A DNA stretch of 64,000 nucleotides from an uncultured delta proteobacterium (GCA_963729685.1 CAVSOX010000018.1:80521-144520); one strand, 5' to 3'. Counted from the stretch's first letter, positions 8,731-18,580 are shown. The notes: a model not told the origin generated them from the letters alone. Numbers and translations: made by a program.

Positions 8731-10778
8731 ATGTTGAGCAATGACCGAATCGCCGAGGCTATGACTATCAGACTGGATGCAGTCGTCGAGAGTCTCCCCG
8801 CCCCGCCGCCGTTTGTCGAGGGGATACGAAGGGCGCCGAAGAGGAAGTTCACCCTGAGCCGGGCCGAGACCGTCCTTGCCCTCAAGAACGCCCTGCGCTA
8901 TGTGCCCGAGCGCTGGCACGGCCGGCTCGCCCCCGAGTTTCTCGACGAGCTCCTCACGATGGGCCGGATCTATGCCTACCGGTTCAGACCCTCGGGGCCG
9001 ATCAAGGGCGACCCCATCGAGAGGTACCCCGGCAATTGCATCGAGGGCAGGGCCTGCCAGGTGATGATCGACAACAACCTCGATTTCGACGTGGCCCTCT
9101 ATCCTTATGAGCTGGTCACCTACGGCGAGACGGGCCAGGTGTGCCAGAACTGGATGCAGTACCGCTTGCTGAAGGCGTACCTCGGGGCCGTGACCGAGGA
9201 GCAGACCCTCGTCGTCGAATCGGGCCACCCGGTCGGCCTTTTCGCCTCCCGCCGGGCCGCCCCCCGGGTGATCGTGACCAACGCGCTCATGGTGGGCTGC
9301 TTTGACGACCAGGAGAACTGGCACAGGGCCGCGGCCCTCGGGGTGGCGAACTACGGCCAGATGACGGCAGGCGGCTGGATGTATATCGGTCCCCAGGGCA
9401 TCGTCCACGGCACGTACAGCACGATCCTCAATGCGGCCCGCAGGCGCCTCGACCTTCCGCCCGGCGCGAACGTGGCAGGACACCTCTTCGTCTCCTCCGG
9501 ACTGGGCGGTATGAGCGGCGCCCAGGGCAAGGCGATCGAGATCGCAGGCGGCGTCGGGATCATCGCCGAGGTCGACCCCTCCCGTATCGAGACCAGGCGG
9601 TCTCAAGGGTGGGTCAGCCTGGTAGCCGCTTCCCCCGTCGAGGCCTTCCGGCTGGCGCACGACTTCGTGTCGCGAAAAAAATCGGTTTCCATCGCCTTTT
9701 ACGGCAATATCGTCGACCTCCTGGAATACGCGGTGGACAACGACATCCCCCTGGAGCTCCTCTCCGACCAGACGTCGTGCCACGCCCCTTACGACGGGGG
9801 CTACTGCCCTCAGATGCTCACCTACGACGAGCGGACGCAGCTTCTGAAGACGGACCCTTCCCTCTTCCGCGAGCTGGTAAATAAGTCGCTCAGGCGCCAC
9901 TTCGAGCTGATCAGGACCCTCGTGGGCCGGGGCACGTACTTCTTCGATTACGGCAACAGCTTTATGAAGGCCGTCTTCGACGCGGGCGTCACCGAGATAT
10001 GCACGAACGGCCGCGACCCCATCGACGGGTTCATCTTCCCCTCGTACGTCGAGGACATGATGGGGCCGCTTCTCTTCGATTACGGGTACGGTCCTTTCCG
10101 CTGGGTCTGCCTGAGCGGCAAGCCCGAAGACCTGCGGAAGACGGACCAGGCGGTCATGGAGTCGCATCGACCCGAACAGGAGCCTCCAGGACCGGGACAA
10201 CTACGCGTGGATCAGGGACGCGGGGAAGAACAGGCTCGTCGTGGGGACGCAGGCCCGGATCCTGTACCAGGACGCGGAAGGAAGGACGCGCATCGCGCTG
10301 AAGTTCAACGAGATGGTGAGGAAGCGGCGAGATCGGCCCCGTGATGCTGGGACGCGACCATCACGACGCGGGCGGCGTCGATTCGCCCTTCAGGGAGACC
10401 GCCAACATCAAGGACGGGAGTAACGTCATGGCGGAAATGGCGGTCCAGTGCTTTGCCGGCAACGTGGCCCGGGGGATGAGCCTGGCGGTGCTCAGCAACG
10501 GCGGCGGCGTGGGCATCGGCAAGGCTATCAACGGCGGCTACGGCCTGGTGCTCGACGGGAGCGCCAGGGTCGATGAGATCATTCGCAGGGCCGTGCCGTG
10601 GGATGTGATGGGAGGGGTGGCCCGGAGGGCCTGGGCGCGGAACGAGGGCGCTCTCGAGACGGGGATCAGGTACAACGAGGCCCACCGGGGCGGCGAGCAT
10701 ATCACCCTCCCTTATCTCGCGGACGGCGACGCCCTCATCGAGCTGGTCGATAAGGCCTTCACGGAAGGCTTGCCCTAA
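8731..10778 (+). CDS. hutU: urocanate hydratase, long (about 680 aa, UROC1-like) form; two frameshifts near 10165 and 10322
   Basis: ORFs 8692..10344, 10241..10423 and 10341..10778 read consecutively. Motifs: GIRRAPKRKF, YELVTYGETGQVCQNW, GQMTAGGWMYIGPQGIVHGT, then IDPNRSLQDRDNYAWIRDAGKNRLVVGTQARILY, then GEIGPVMLGRDHHDAGGVDSPFRETANI. ATG at 8731 has GGAGG 7 nt upstream. Confidence 0.85.
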
Positions 10779-10826
10779 AAAGCGGACGGCTGATCGACTA
10801 AAAGGGGCCGGGAGGCAGGATAAGGC

Positions 10827-11724
10827 ATGGAAAAACTCTTCGAGACAGTACCCAATTTCTCGGAAGGCAGGGACCGGGCAAAAATAGAAGAGATCCTCGG
10901 GGCTTTTCGCGGCCGCAAGGGGGTGAGGCTGATAGACTTTGAGGCCGACCCGGACCACAACAGGCTGGTCGTCACGGCCGTCGGCGCGGCAGGGCCCCTT
11001 AAAGGAGCGGTGCTCGCGGCCGTCGGCGCGGCGGTCCGGCTGATAGATATGCGGCTGCATCGGGGGCAGCACCCGAGGATGGGCGCGGTCGACGTGATCC
11101 CCTTCGTCCCGCTAAAGAACGCGGGGATGGCGGAAGCCGTCGGGCTCTCGCGGGAGGTGGCCCGGGAAGTGGCCGAGACCTACGGCATCCCCGTCTTCCT
11201 GTATGAGGAGTCGGCCCGCGAGCCTGCCCGGAAGAACCTCGCGGACATCAGGAAGGGAGAGGTCGAGGGCATGGCCGAGAAGCTGAAAGACCCCGGATGG
11301 AAACCCGACTTCGGGCGCCCGGCGCCCCATCCCACCGCGGGCGTGGTCGCGGTCGGCGCCCGGATGCCGCTCGTCGCCTTCAACGTCAACCTGGCCACCG
11401 ACAGCATGGAGGTGGCCGAGGCGGCGGCGAAGGCGGTCCGTCACTCAAGCGGCGGGCTGCGCTTCTGCAAGGCCATCGCGGTCGAGTCTGAAAGGGCGCG
11501 GCATCGTGCAGGTCTCCATGAATATGACCGATTTTACGAGGACCCCGCTCTACCGGGCCCTGGAGCTTATACGGCTGGAGGCAAAGCGGTACGGGGTCGC
11601 CATCATAGGGAGCGAGATCGTCGGGGTGGTACCGATGGCGGCCCTCGTCGACGCTGCCGCGTACTACATGGGGCTCGAGCACTTCGGCATCGACCAGGTC
11701 CTCGAACAGCGGCTGATGGAATAG
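10827..11724 (+). CDS. ftcD: glutamate formimidoyltransferase (FTCD N-terminal domain type), frameshifted near 11487
   Basis: ORF 10827..11891 starts MEKLFETVPNFSEGRD. It continues in ORF 11506..11724 (VQVSMNMTDFTRTPLYRALELIRLEAKRYG). The break is at gag-t-ctg. Confidence 0.85.
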
Positions 11725-11736
11725 GGCGGGGAGGAG

Positions 11737-13006
11737 ATGAGCGGCAACCTGATCATCAAAGACGCCTCGGAGCTGGTCACGGTGAGCGGCTTCGAGGCCA
11801 AAAAGGGTCCTGCGATGGCGGAGATCTCTCTCATCCCCGGCGGCTCGGTGGTGATCGAGCAGGGGCTCATCACGCGCGTGGGCCCGACTAATGAGGTGCT
11901 GGCCGGCCTCGACGAGTCGGCCTTCACCGTCATCGACGCGGCAGGGAAGGCGGTCCTGCCGGGCTTTGTCGATGCCCACACGCACTTTGTCTTCGGCGGC
12001 TACCGGGCCGAGGAATTTTCATTCAGGCTGCGCGGCATGAGCTATATGGAGATCATGCAGAGGGGCGGCGGCATCGCGGCTACGGTGGAGGCGACTAGAC
12101 GCGCCACGGAGGAGGAGCTGGCTACTCTCGGCCGAAAAAGGCTCGACAGGATGCTCTCCTTCGGTGTGACCACCGTGGAGGGGAAGAGCGGCTACGGCCT
12201 CGACCTGGAGACGGAGTTGAAGCAGCTCCGGGTGATGAAGGAATTGAACGGCTCTCATCCCGTCGACGTGGTGTCGACGTTCCTCGGCGCCCACGCGGTG
12301 CCGGCGGCCTACCTCGGGGACCCAGGCGCGTACATCGACTACATCGACAGAGAGGTGCTCCCCGAGGTAGGCCGGCTGCACCTCGCCGAATTCTGCGATA
12401 TCTTCTGCGAGGCGGGCGTCTTCGACCTCGCCCAATCGAGGCGGCTCCTGGAGCGCGCCAGGTCGTTCGGCTTACGCGTGAAGCTGCACGCCGACGAGCT
12501 CGACGAGGCTCGGGGGCGCCGAGCTTGCCGCTTCCCTTTCGGCGGTCTCGGCCGACCACCTGCTCCATGCGTCGGAGGAGGGCATTGCACGGATGGCGGC
12601 GCGGGGCGTGATCGCCGTGCTTCTCCCTGCCACCGCGTTCAGCCTGAAGGAGCCGTACGCCCCGGCGCGCTCCATGATCGATCACGGCTGCGCCGTGGCG
12701 CTGGCCACGGATTTCAACCCGGGGAGCTGTTTTACCGAGTCGGTCCCCCTGGTCTTCGCCCTGGCGACCCTCTACATGGGCATGACGCCCGCGGAGGCGG
12801 TGACGGCCTGCACCCTCAACGGCGCCGCGGCACTGGGCCGCGCGAAGAGCGTCGGCAGCCTCGATGCGGGGAAACTGGGTGACGCCGTCATCCTCGAGTT
12901 TCCGTCCCACCTCTTCATCCCTTACCATATAGGAGTCAACTGCGTGGAGAAGGTGATAAAAAGGGGCGAAGTCGTCTTTGACGCCGCGGCGGAAGACCGG
13001 GAATAG
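11737..13006 (+). CDS. hutI: imidazolonepropionase, frameshifted near 12508
   Basis: ORF 11737..12882 (LPGFVDAHTHFVFGG, KLHADEL) continues in the frame of ORF 12593..13006 (LGGAELAASLSAVSADHLLHASEEGI...ATDFNPGS). Confidence 0.9.
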
Positions 13007-13019
13007 GGAGGCTAAAAGC

Positions 13020-13656
13020 ATGTTCGGAGACCTGGCGGTGAGGGAGTTTATAGAACGGGTGGCTTCGGGCGAGCCGGTCCCCGGGGGCGGCTCGGTCGCC
13101 GCGCTTACGGCGAGTCTTGCGGCAGGACTCGCAGAGATGGTTGCCCGGCTCACGATAGGCCGCGGGGGCGCCCCGGGCCGCGATGACGCGATGGCCGGGC
13201 TCATCGGGCGGGCAGCCGTGTTGAGGGCGCGACTTCTGGCTGGCCGCGGATGAGGACTCCGAGGCTTACGAGAGGGTGCTTGGCGCGTACCGCATGGCAA
13301 AGGAGACCGGCGACGAGAAAGAGGCAAGGGCAGGTGCGGTCCGGGAGGCGCTGAAAGGTGCGGCTCGGGTGCCGTTATCGGTGGCGCAGATGGCCATGGA
13401 GCTTCTCGGCATCTTAAGCACGGCCATCAACGAAGGCAACGAGAACGCCGTCACCGACGGGCTCGTAGGTGCGCTCCTGGCCCGCTCTGCCCTGCTCGGG
13501 GCCGTGGCCAACGTGAGGATCAACCTGCGGGCTATCGACGAAGACGCGTTCAGGCGGGAGATGGGCGCACAGGCCGATGGACTGGAAAGCGACGCGGAGG
13601 CCGCGGAAGCGCACCTCAGGTCTGCCGCTCGATCGAAGCTGGCGAAAGGCCGGTAA
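13020..13656 (+). CDS. formiminotetrahydrofolate cyclodeaminase-family protein, frameshifted near 13239
   Basis: ATG at 13020 (GGGAGG upstream) gives MFGDLAVREFIERVASGEPVPGGGSVAALTASLAAGL. Continues in ORF 13276..13656 (ADEDSEAYERVLGAYRM...). Confidence 0.8.
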
Positions 13657-13715
13657 CCGCCTTCGCAGCTTTTTTAGGGCGATCGCCAAAAACCCGTGCG
13701 ACGGGCCTTTCCGTG

Positions 13716-13904
13716 CTATTTCTCGTCGATAGCCAGCATGCCTGCCACCGCCATATCTTCCTTCTTTTTCTCGAAGAGGTGTATCCGTACCGTCTCCGGT
13801 TTCACGCCCAGACTCTTGACGACCGCGTCGGTCAGGTTTGCCACGAGCGTCCTCTTCTGCTCCAACGTCCTTCCTTCAAACATATAGACCTGCATGACCG
13901 GCAT
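13716..13904 (-). CDS. 4-oxalocrotonate tautomerase family protein
   Basis: 62-aa ORF beginning MPVMQVYMFEGRTLEQKRTLVANLTDAV, with Pro at position 2. Confidence 0.8.
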   Translation of the reverse strand: MPVMQVYMFEGRTLEQKRTLVANLTDAVVKSLGVKPETVRIHLFEKKKEDMAVAGMLAIDEK

Positions 13905-13991
13905 AGAACCTCCTGTTCAGGCAAGAGAATGCTGCGATTATAGCACATGGGAGCGGCGGCGCGCTATATAATCCCGCCGTCTTCGCGGTCC

Positions 13992-14657
13992 TTAGCCGCC
14001 TTCTTCCTTGTGATGTTTTATCACCCGGCCCTCGACCATGAATATCACGTCTTCGCCCACATTGGTCGAGAGGTCGGCGATGCGCTCCAGGCTCCTCGCA
14101 ATATTGAGGAGATGGATGGAGCGCTCGATGGTAGAGGGGTCGGCGCTCATGAAGGCGACCAGCTCTTTGATTATCTGCTCCTTGAGCCTGTCGACGACGC
14201 TGTCCCGCTCGCATACGCCCTTTGCGAGCCCTGCATCTTCCGTCAGGAAGGAGCGGATGCTGTCCCGCACCATCCCCGTCACCTCTTCGGCCATCCGGGG
14301 GATGTCGACGAGCGGCTTCACCTGCGGCCTGTCGATCAGGTAGAGACCGTCTTCCGCGAGGTTGACGGCGTGGTCGGCCATCCTCTCCAGGTCTTTGTTC
14401 ATCCCCAGCGCCATGAGTATCGTCCGGAGGTCCCGTGCCCTCGGCTGGTACTTGGCAATCATCGTGAGGCACAGCTTATCGAGCTTGATCTCATAGCTAT
14501 TGGCTTTAGGCTCGTCTTCCTCCACGACCTCCACGAGCATGTCCCTGTTATTCCTGAGGAGTCCCTGGATGCTTTTCCCGATCATATGCTCGACGAAGCC
14601 GGCATACTCGGCCAGCTGACGCTTGAGATCGACCATCGGCTCATCGAACATGGTCAT
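13992..14657 (-). CDS. phoU: phosphate signalling complex protein PhoU
   Basis: ORF 13992..14657. Duplicated PhoU repeat with DLERMADHAVNLAE and SLERIADLSTNVGE. Last gene of the pst operon. Confidence 0.9.
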   Translation of the reverse strand: MTMFDEPMVDLKRQLAEYAGFVEHMIGKSIQGLLRNNRDMLVEVVEEDEPKANSYEIKLDKLCLTMIAKYQPRARDLRTILMALGMNKDLERMADHAVNLAEDGLYLIDRPQVKPLVDIPRMAEEVTGMVRDSIRSFLTEDAGLAKGVCERDSVVDRLKEQIIKELVAFMSADPSTIERSIHLLNIARSLERIADLSTNVGEDVIFMVEGRVIKHHKEEGG

Positions 14658-14662
14658 ACTCC

Positions 14663-14810
14663 TATCCGAACTTACCCGTCAGGTACTGTTCGGTCCTCTT
14701 GGCTATCCTTGGGGTTCAGCACCCCCTCCATGAGCAAGCTCATGGAGCCTCCCCGCTCACCCACGACTGCTTATCCGAACTTACCCGTCAGGTACTGTTC
14801 GGTCCTCTTG
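14663..14810. repeat. 39-nt direct duplication (14663-14701 and 14772-14810) of the pstB 3' end, flanking a REP-like element
   Basis: tatccgaacttacccgtcaggtactgttcggtcctcttg occurs twice, identical. On the minus strand it encodes KRTEQYLTGKFG plus a stop. Confidence 0.9.
14709..14760 (-). repeat. REP-like palindromic element, copy 1 (inverted relative to the nuo copies)
   Basis: The reverse complement reads gtgagcggggaggctccatgagcttgctcatggagggggtgctgaaccccaa, matching 37842-37893 and 39881-39933. Confidence 0.85.
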
Positions 14811-15529
14811 TCCTGGGGCACGGTGAAGAGCTTCTCGGTCGGCCCGAACTCGACCAGGCTGCCCAGGTAGATGAAGGCGGTGAAATCAGAGATACGGGCG
14901 GCCTGGGGGATGTTGTGCGTCACCTGGATGATGGTCACCGTCCTTTTCAGCTCTACCACCAGCTCCTCTATGTGGGCCGTGGCCTTCGGGTCGAGGGCGG
15001 ACGTGGGCTCGTCGAGCAGGAGTATCTCCGGGTGCATGGCAAGGGCGCGGGCGATGCAGAGCCTCTGCTGCTGTCCGCCGGAGAGGAACGTGCCCTTTCT
15101 GTGGAGGAAGTCTTTCACCTCGTCCCAGAGGGCGGCCTTCTCCAGGGATTCTTCCGCTATCCGGTCCCTGTCGCCCTTGGATATCCGTAAACCGTTGAGG
15201 TTGTAACCGGCGACCACATTGTCGTAGATGCTCATCGTGGGAAAGGGGTTGGGCCTCTGGAAGACCATCCCTATCTTCCTCCGCACGATGATGGGGTCCA
15301 TCTCGAAGATGTTCTCGTTATCGAGGAGGATTTTTCCCGAAAAGATCGCATTGGGCGCAAGCTCGTGCATGCGGTTGATACATCTGATCAGGGTCGTTTT
15401 TCCGCAGCCCGAGGGTCCCATGATCGCCGTGATCTTGTTTTCGGCGATGGAAAGGTTTATGTCGTTGACTACCATTTGTCCGTCAAAGCCGGCGCTGACG
15501 CCCTCGATTTTCAGAACTGTACTTTCCAT
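14771..15529 (-). CDS. pstB: phosphate ABC transporter ATP-binding protein PstB
   Basis: ORF 14771..15616; ATG at 15529 gives MESTVLKIEGVSAGFDGQ. Walker A GPSGCGKTT, signature LSGGQQQRLCIARA. Confidence 0.9.
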   Translation of the reverse strand: MESTVLKIEGVSAGFDGQMVVNDINLSIAENKITAIMGPSGCGKTTLIRCINRMHELAPNAIFSGKILLDNENIFEMDPIIVRRKIGMVFQRPNPFPTMSIYDNVVAGYNLNGLRISKGDRDRIAEESLEKAALWDEVKDFLHRKGTFLSGGQQQRLCIARALAMHPEILLLDEPTSALDPKATAHIEELVVELKRTVTIIQVTHNIPQAARISDFTAFIYLGSLVEFGPTEKLFTVPQDKRTEQYLTGKFG

Positions 15530-16359
15530 CTGCGGGTCACCATTTTCGCGAAGATATTCAATGACAGAATGAAGACGACCAATACGAAAGACGCGCCCCA
15601 GGCAAGGGTGTGCCATGCAGGGTAGGGGCTTGTGGCATAGTTGAAGACGAGCAGGGGCAGCGAGTTGACGGGCTTGAAGATGTCCAGGCTCATGAAGGGG
15701 CTGCCGAAGGCGGTGAAGAGGAGGGGGGCTGTTTCGCCCCCGATCCTCGCGATGCCGAGGATCACGCCGGTCCCTATCCCGCTCAAGCCCGCAGGCAGGA
15801 TTACCTTCAGGATAGTGCGGGGATAGGGGACGCCGAGGGCCAGGGAAGCCTCTTTGAGAGGGTCGGGGATCAGCTTCAGGGTCTCCTCGGTGGACATGAC
15901 GATGACCGGAAGCATCATGATGCCGAGGGCCACGCCGCCTGAAAGGGCAGAGAAGGAACCCATGGGCAGGACGATCCAGATGTAGGCGATGATGCCGATG
16001 ACTATCGATGGTATGCCCTGGAGTATTTCAACGGAGAGTCTCGAAAAATAGGCGAACCGGACTTTCCTGTATTCGGAGAGATAGATGCCCGCGAGAATGC
16101 CGAGGGGTATGGAGACGAGGGAGGCGATGAAGACAAGGATCGCGCTGCCGGCAAGGGCGTTTGAAATGCCCCCTCCGGTTTCGCCCATGGGCTTGGGGAG
16201 GTTGACGAGAAAGCCCCAATTTATCACGGAGATGCCGTTCTTCACGATGAAAAGGAGGATGAGGAACATGGGGAGCATGCAGATAAAGGCAAGGACGATG
16301 ATGAGCCCCCTGAAGAGCTTATCGGCCACTATCCTTCTTTGCAGACGCTCGTCCTTCAT
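15511..16359 (-). CDS. pstA: phosphate ABC transporter permease PstA
   Basis: ORF 15511..16359 with GAGGTGG upstream. Multi-pass membrane composition and position in the pst operon. Confidence 0.9.
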   Translation of the reverse strand: MKDERLQRRIVADKLFRGLIIVLAFICMLPMFLILLFIVKNGISVINWGFLVNLPKPMGETGGGISNALAGSAILVFIASLVSIPLGILAGIYLSEYRKVRFAYFSRLSVEILQGIPSIVIGIIAYIWIVLPMGSFSALSGGVALGIMMLPVIVMSTEETLKLIPDPLKEASLALGVPYPRTILKVILPAGLSGIGTGVILGIARIGGETAPLLFTAFGSPFMSLDIFKPVNSLPLLVFNYATSPYPAWHTLAWGASFVLVVFILSLNIFAKMVTRRWKVQF

Positions 16360-16369
16360 GTTACCACCT

Positions 16370-16444
16370 CAAGTGCCGAGTGCAGAGTGCCGAGTGGGAA
16401 AAAACTACTATTCCCTAAACTCATCACTCTGCACTCGGCACTTC
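16370..16444. repeat. 19-bp perfect inverted repeat (long hairpin) between pstC and pstA
   Basis: aagtgccgagtgcagagtg (16370-16388) pairs with cactctgcactcggcactt (16426-16444); the loop is 37 nt. Confidence 0.7.
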
Positions 16445-16460
16445 GTTAACTTTCTTCATC

Positions 16461-17459
16461 TCACCTCTCCACGCTCATCCTGATGATGACGATCTTCCCG
16501 GCGACGTTGATGAGGGCCGTGACCACGAAGAGCACGAGGGCTATCTCGGTGAGGCTCGCGAGATAGATCTTGCCCGTCGCTTCCGTAAACTCGTTGGCGA
16601 TGATGCTCGCCATGGTATTGGCGGGTGAAAAAATGCTTTTCGGGAGCATATTCGAATTGCCTATCACCATGGTGACCGCCATGGTTTCTCCGAGGGCCCG
16701 CCCCAGGGCGAGCAGGACGCCGGCGAGAATACCCGAGCGGGCATAGGGGAGGATGATCTTTCTGATGACCTCGAATCTCGTCGCCCCCAGGGAGAAGGCC
16801 GCCTCTTTCAGGTCCGCCGGCACCAGACCGATCACCTCCCTGCCGAGGGAGGCCGAAAAGGGGATGATCATGATGGAGAGCACCAGCGAGGAGGTCAGGA
16901 TGCCGACGCCATAGGGGGCAACGCCGAGGTGCATCTCCACCCATCTGACCACCGGCACGAAAAAGAACAATGCCCAGAACCCGTAGATAACCGAAGGGAT
17001 GCCCGCGAGCAGCTCGACGGCGGTCTTGATGGAGGAAGACATGATCCCGGCGCGGAAATATTCGCCGAGGAAGATGGAAACGGCCAGGGAGAAGACGAGC
17101 GAGATCAGGAGGGCGAGGAACGAGGTCAGGAGCGTGCCCACCAGGAAGGGGAGCGCCCCGAACTCGCCGGCCACGGGGTCCCATACCATGCCGATGAGGA
17201 AGCCGAACCCGTGATGTTTCATGGCCGGGACCGATGCGATGAAGAGGGAGACAAAGACAGCCGAAAGCAGAAGAAGGAGGCTTATCCCGGAAAGGTAAAG
17301 GATGCGCCTGAAGACCGGCTCCGACAGCACGGTCCTCGATCCGTACGAGGCGCCGGAGCGCACCCATGCCGTCTCCTTCGCGGGCAGGGCGTCGCCGTGG
17401 GCGCGCGCCGGCGCGGAGATGCGCAGCTTACCGGTCCTCACCTCGTCTGTCGGGTTCAT
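16461..17459 (-). CDS. pstC: phosphate ABC transporter permease PstC
   Basis: ORF 16461..17459. ATGA overlap with the pstS stop. Permease composition with the EAA-like region LKEAAFSLGATRFEVIRKIILP. Confidence 0.9.
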   Translation of the reverse strand: MNPTDEVRTGKLRISAPARAHGDALPAKETAWVRSGASYGSRTVLSEPVFRRILYLSGISLLLLLSAVFVSLFIASVPAMKHHGFGFLIGMVWDPVAGEFGALPFLVGTLLTSFLALLISLVFSLAVSIFLGEYFRAGIMSSSIKTAVELLAGIPSVIYGFWALFFFVPVVRWVEMHLGVAPYGVGILTSSLVLSIMIIPFSASLGREVIGLVPADLKEAAFSLGATRFEVIRKIILPYARSGILAGVLLALGRALGETMAVTMVIGNSNMLPKSIFSPANTMASIIANEFTEATGKIYLASLTEIALVLFVVTALINVAGKIVIIRMSVER

Positions 17460-18499
17460 TTAAGGATGTTCTTGCCTTTGTAGGTGATCGACTTGATCAG
17501 GGCTTCCGCTTTCTCCACCGCCTTTTTCGACAGAGGGGCATACTGCATCGGCTCGGCGTATTTCTGGCCCTCATGGGTCATCCACCTGAGGAGCCGCACG
17601 AGCTCCTTTGCCTTTGCCTCGCTATGGCCCCGGTAGGCCTGTTCCTTATACACCAGGATCCAGGTCAGCCCGGCCAGGGGATAACCGTCGGGGGCATCCG
17701 TATCGGTGAGGCTCACCTTCATGTCGTCCGGCAGGCTCACGTTCATGGCAGTGCTGGTGGATTGAAGCGTGGGTCTCACGAATGTGCCCTTCTTGTTCCT
17801 GACGGCCGCGTAAGGCATCTTGTTCTGGAGGGCGTAGATCAGCTCCACGTAGCCGGCGCTGCCGGGGGTCTGGCTGACGAGTCCGGCCACGCCGGGATTA
17901 CCTTTTGCGCCGAGACCCGTGGGCCAGTTGAGGGAGGTGCCCGTGCCGACCTTCTCCTTCCACTCTTTGCTCACCTTTGCCAGATAATCGCTGAAAATAT
18001 TGGTGGTGCCGCTCCCGTCCGAGCGGTGGACGACGGTGATCGGCATATCGGGGATTTTGGCCCCCTTGTTGATGGCGACGATCCGCGGGTCATTCCATTT
18101 TGTCACTTTGCCGAGAAAGACGTCTGCCACGAGATCGGGTGTCAGCGAGATGCCGGGGACGCCGGGGAGATTATAGGTGATGACGACCGAGCCCGCACAC
18201 GTGGGGACGTGGAGGACCGGTGCGCCCGCGGCCCTGATATCCTCGTCGCTCATGATCGCGTCGCTGCCCCCGAAATCGACCGTTTTGTTGATGAGCTGGC
18301 GTATGCCGCCCCCGGAGCCTATGGCCTGATAGTTCACCCTGACCCCATACTCCTTGCTGTAGACGTCGAACATCTTCGAGTAGAGCGGATAGGGAAAGGT
18401 GGCGCCTGCGCCTGTAAGCTCCTGCTGCTGGGCGGCGGCCGCCCCTGAAATGCACAGAACGATCATACACACAAGGGAATAGATGATCGGTTTCCGCAC
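17456..18499 (-). CDS. pstS: phosphate ABC transporter substrate-binding protein PstS
   Basis: ORF 17456..18538 (TTG). GTG at 18499 has AAGGAGG 6 nt upstream and gives the signal peptide VRKPIIYSLVCMIVLCISGAAAA. Also GAGATFPYPLY and HRSDGSGTT. Confidence 0.85.
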   Translation of the reverse strand: MRKPIIYSLVCMIVLCISGAAAAQQQELTGAGATFPYPLYSKMFDVYSKEYGVRVNYQAIGSGGGIRQLINKTVDFGGSDAIMSDEDIRAAGAPVLHVPTCAGSVVITYNLPGVPGISLTPDLVADVFLGKVTKWNDPRIVAINKGAKIPDMPITVVHRSDGSGTTNIFSDYLAKVSKEWKEKVGTGTSLNWPTGLGAKGNPGVAGLVSQTPGSAGYVELIYALQNKMPYAAVRNKKGTFVRPTLQSTSTAMNVSLPDDMKVSLTDTDAPDGYPLAGLTWILVYKEQAYRGHSEAKAKELVRLLRWMTHEGQKYAEPMQYAPLSKKAVEKAEALIKSITYKGKNILK

Positions 18500-18529
18500 G
18501 ATACGCCTCCTTTGGGATTTCTCTTGCGT

Positions 18530-18580
18530 GGTATACAATATTACTTGCTATAAGTTAAGCATTGGTGAAGGATTTGTTAA
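18530..18580 (-). promoter_or_regulatory. Pho-box-like direct repeats overlapping a promoter for pstS
   Basis: The minus strand reads TTAACA-aatcc-TTCACC-aatgc-TTAACT (18580-18553), an 11-bp period. The last hexamer serves as -35; 17-nt spacer; TATACC (18535-18530). Confidence 0.5.

Noticed and set aside
8686-10200. Long antisense ORFs opposite well-supported genes: 8686-10200 opposite hutU, 27949-29976 opposite the Lon-like gene, 36465-37940 opposite nuoD, 44289-46259 opposite nuoL, 46626-47687 opposite nuoM, and 31470-32735, 32450-33592, 12122-13327 and 48769-49824.
   Set aside because: Their translations are dominated by R, G, P, H, D and E with no motifs, as expected for open antisense frames in high-GC DNA. 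The opposite strand carries clear family signatures in each case.
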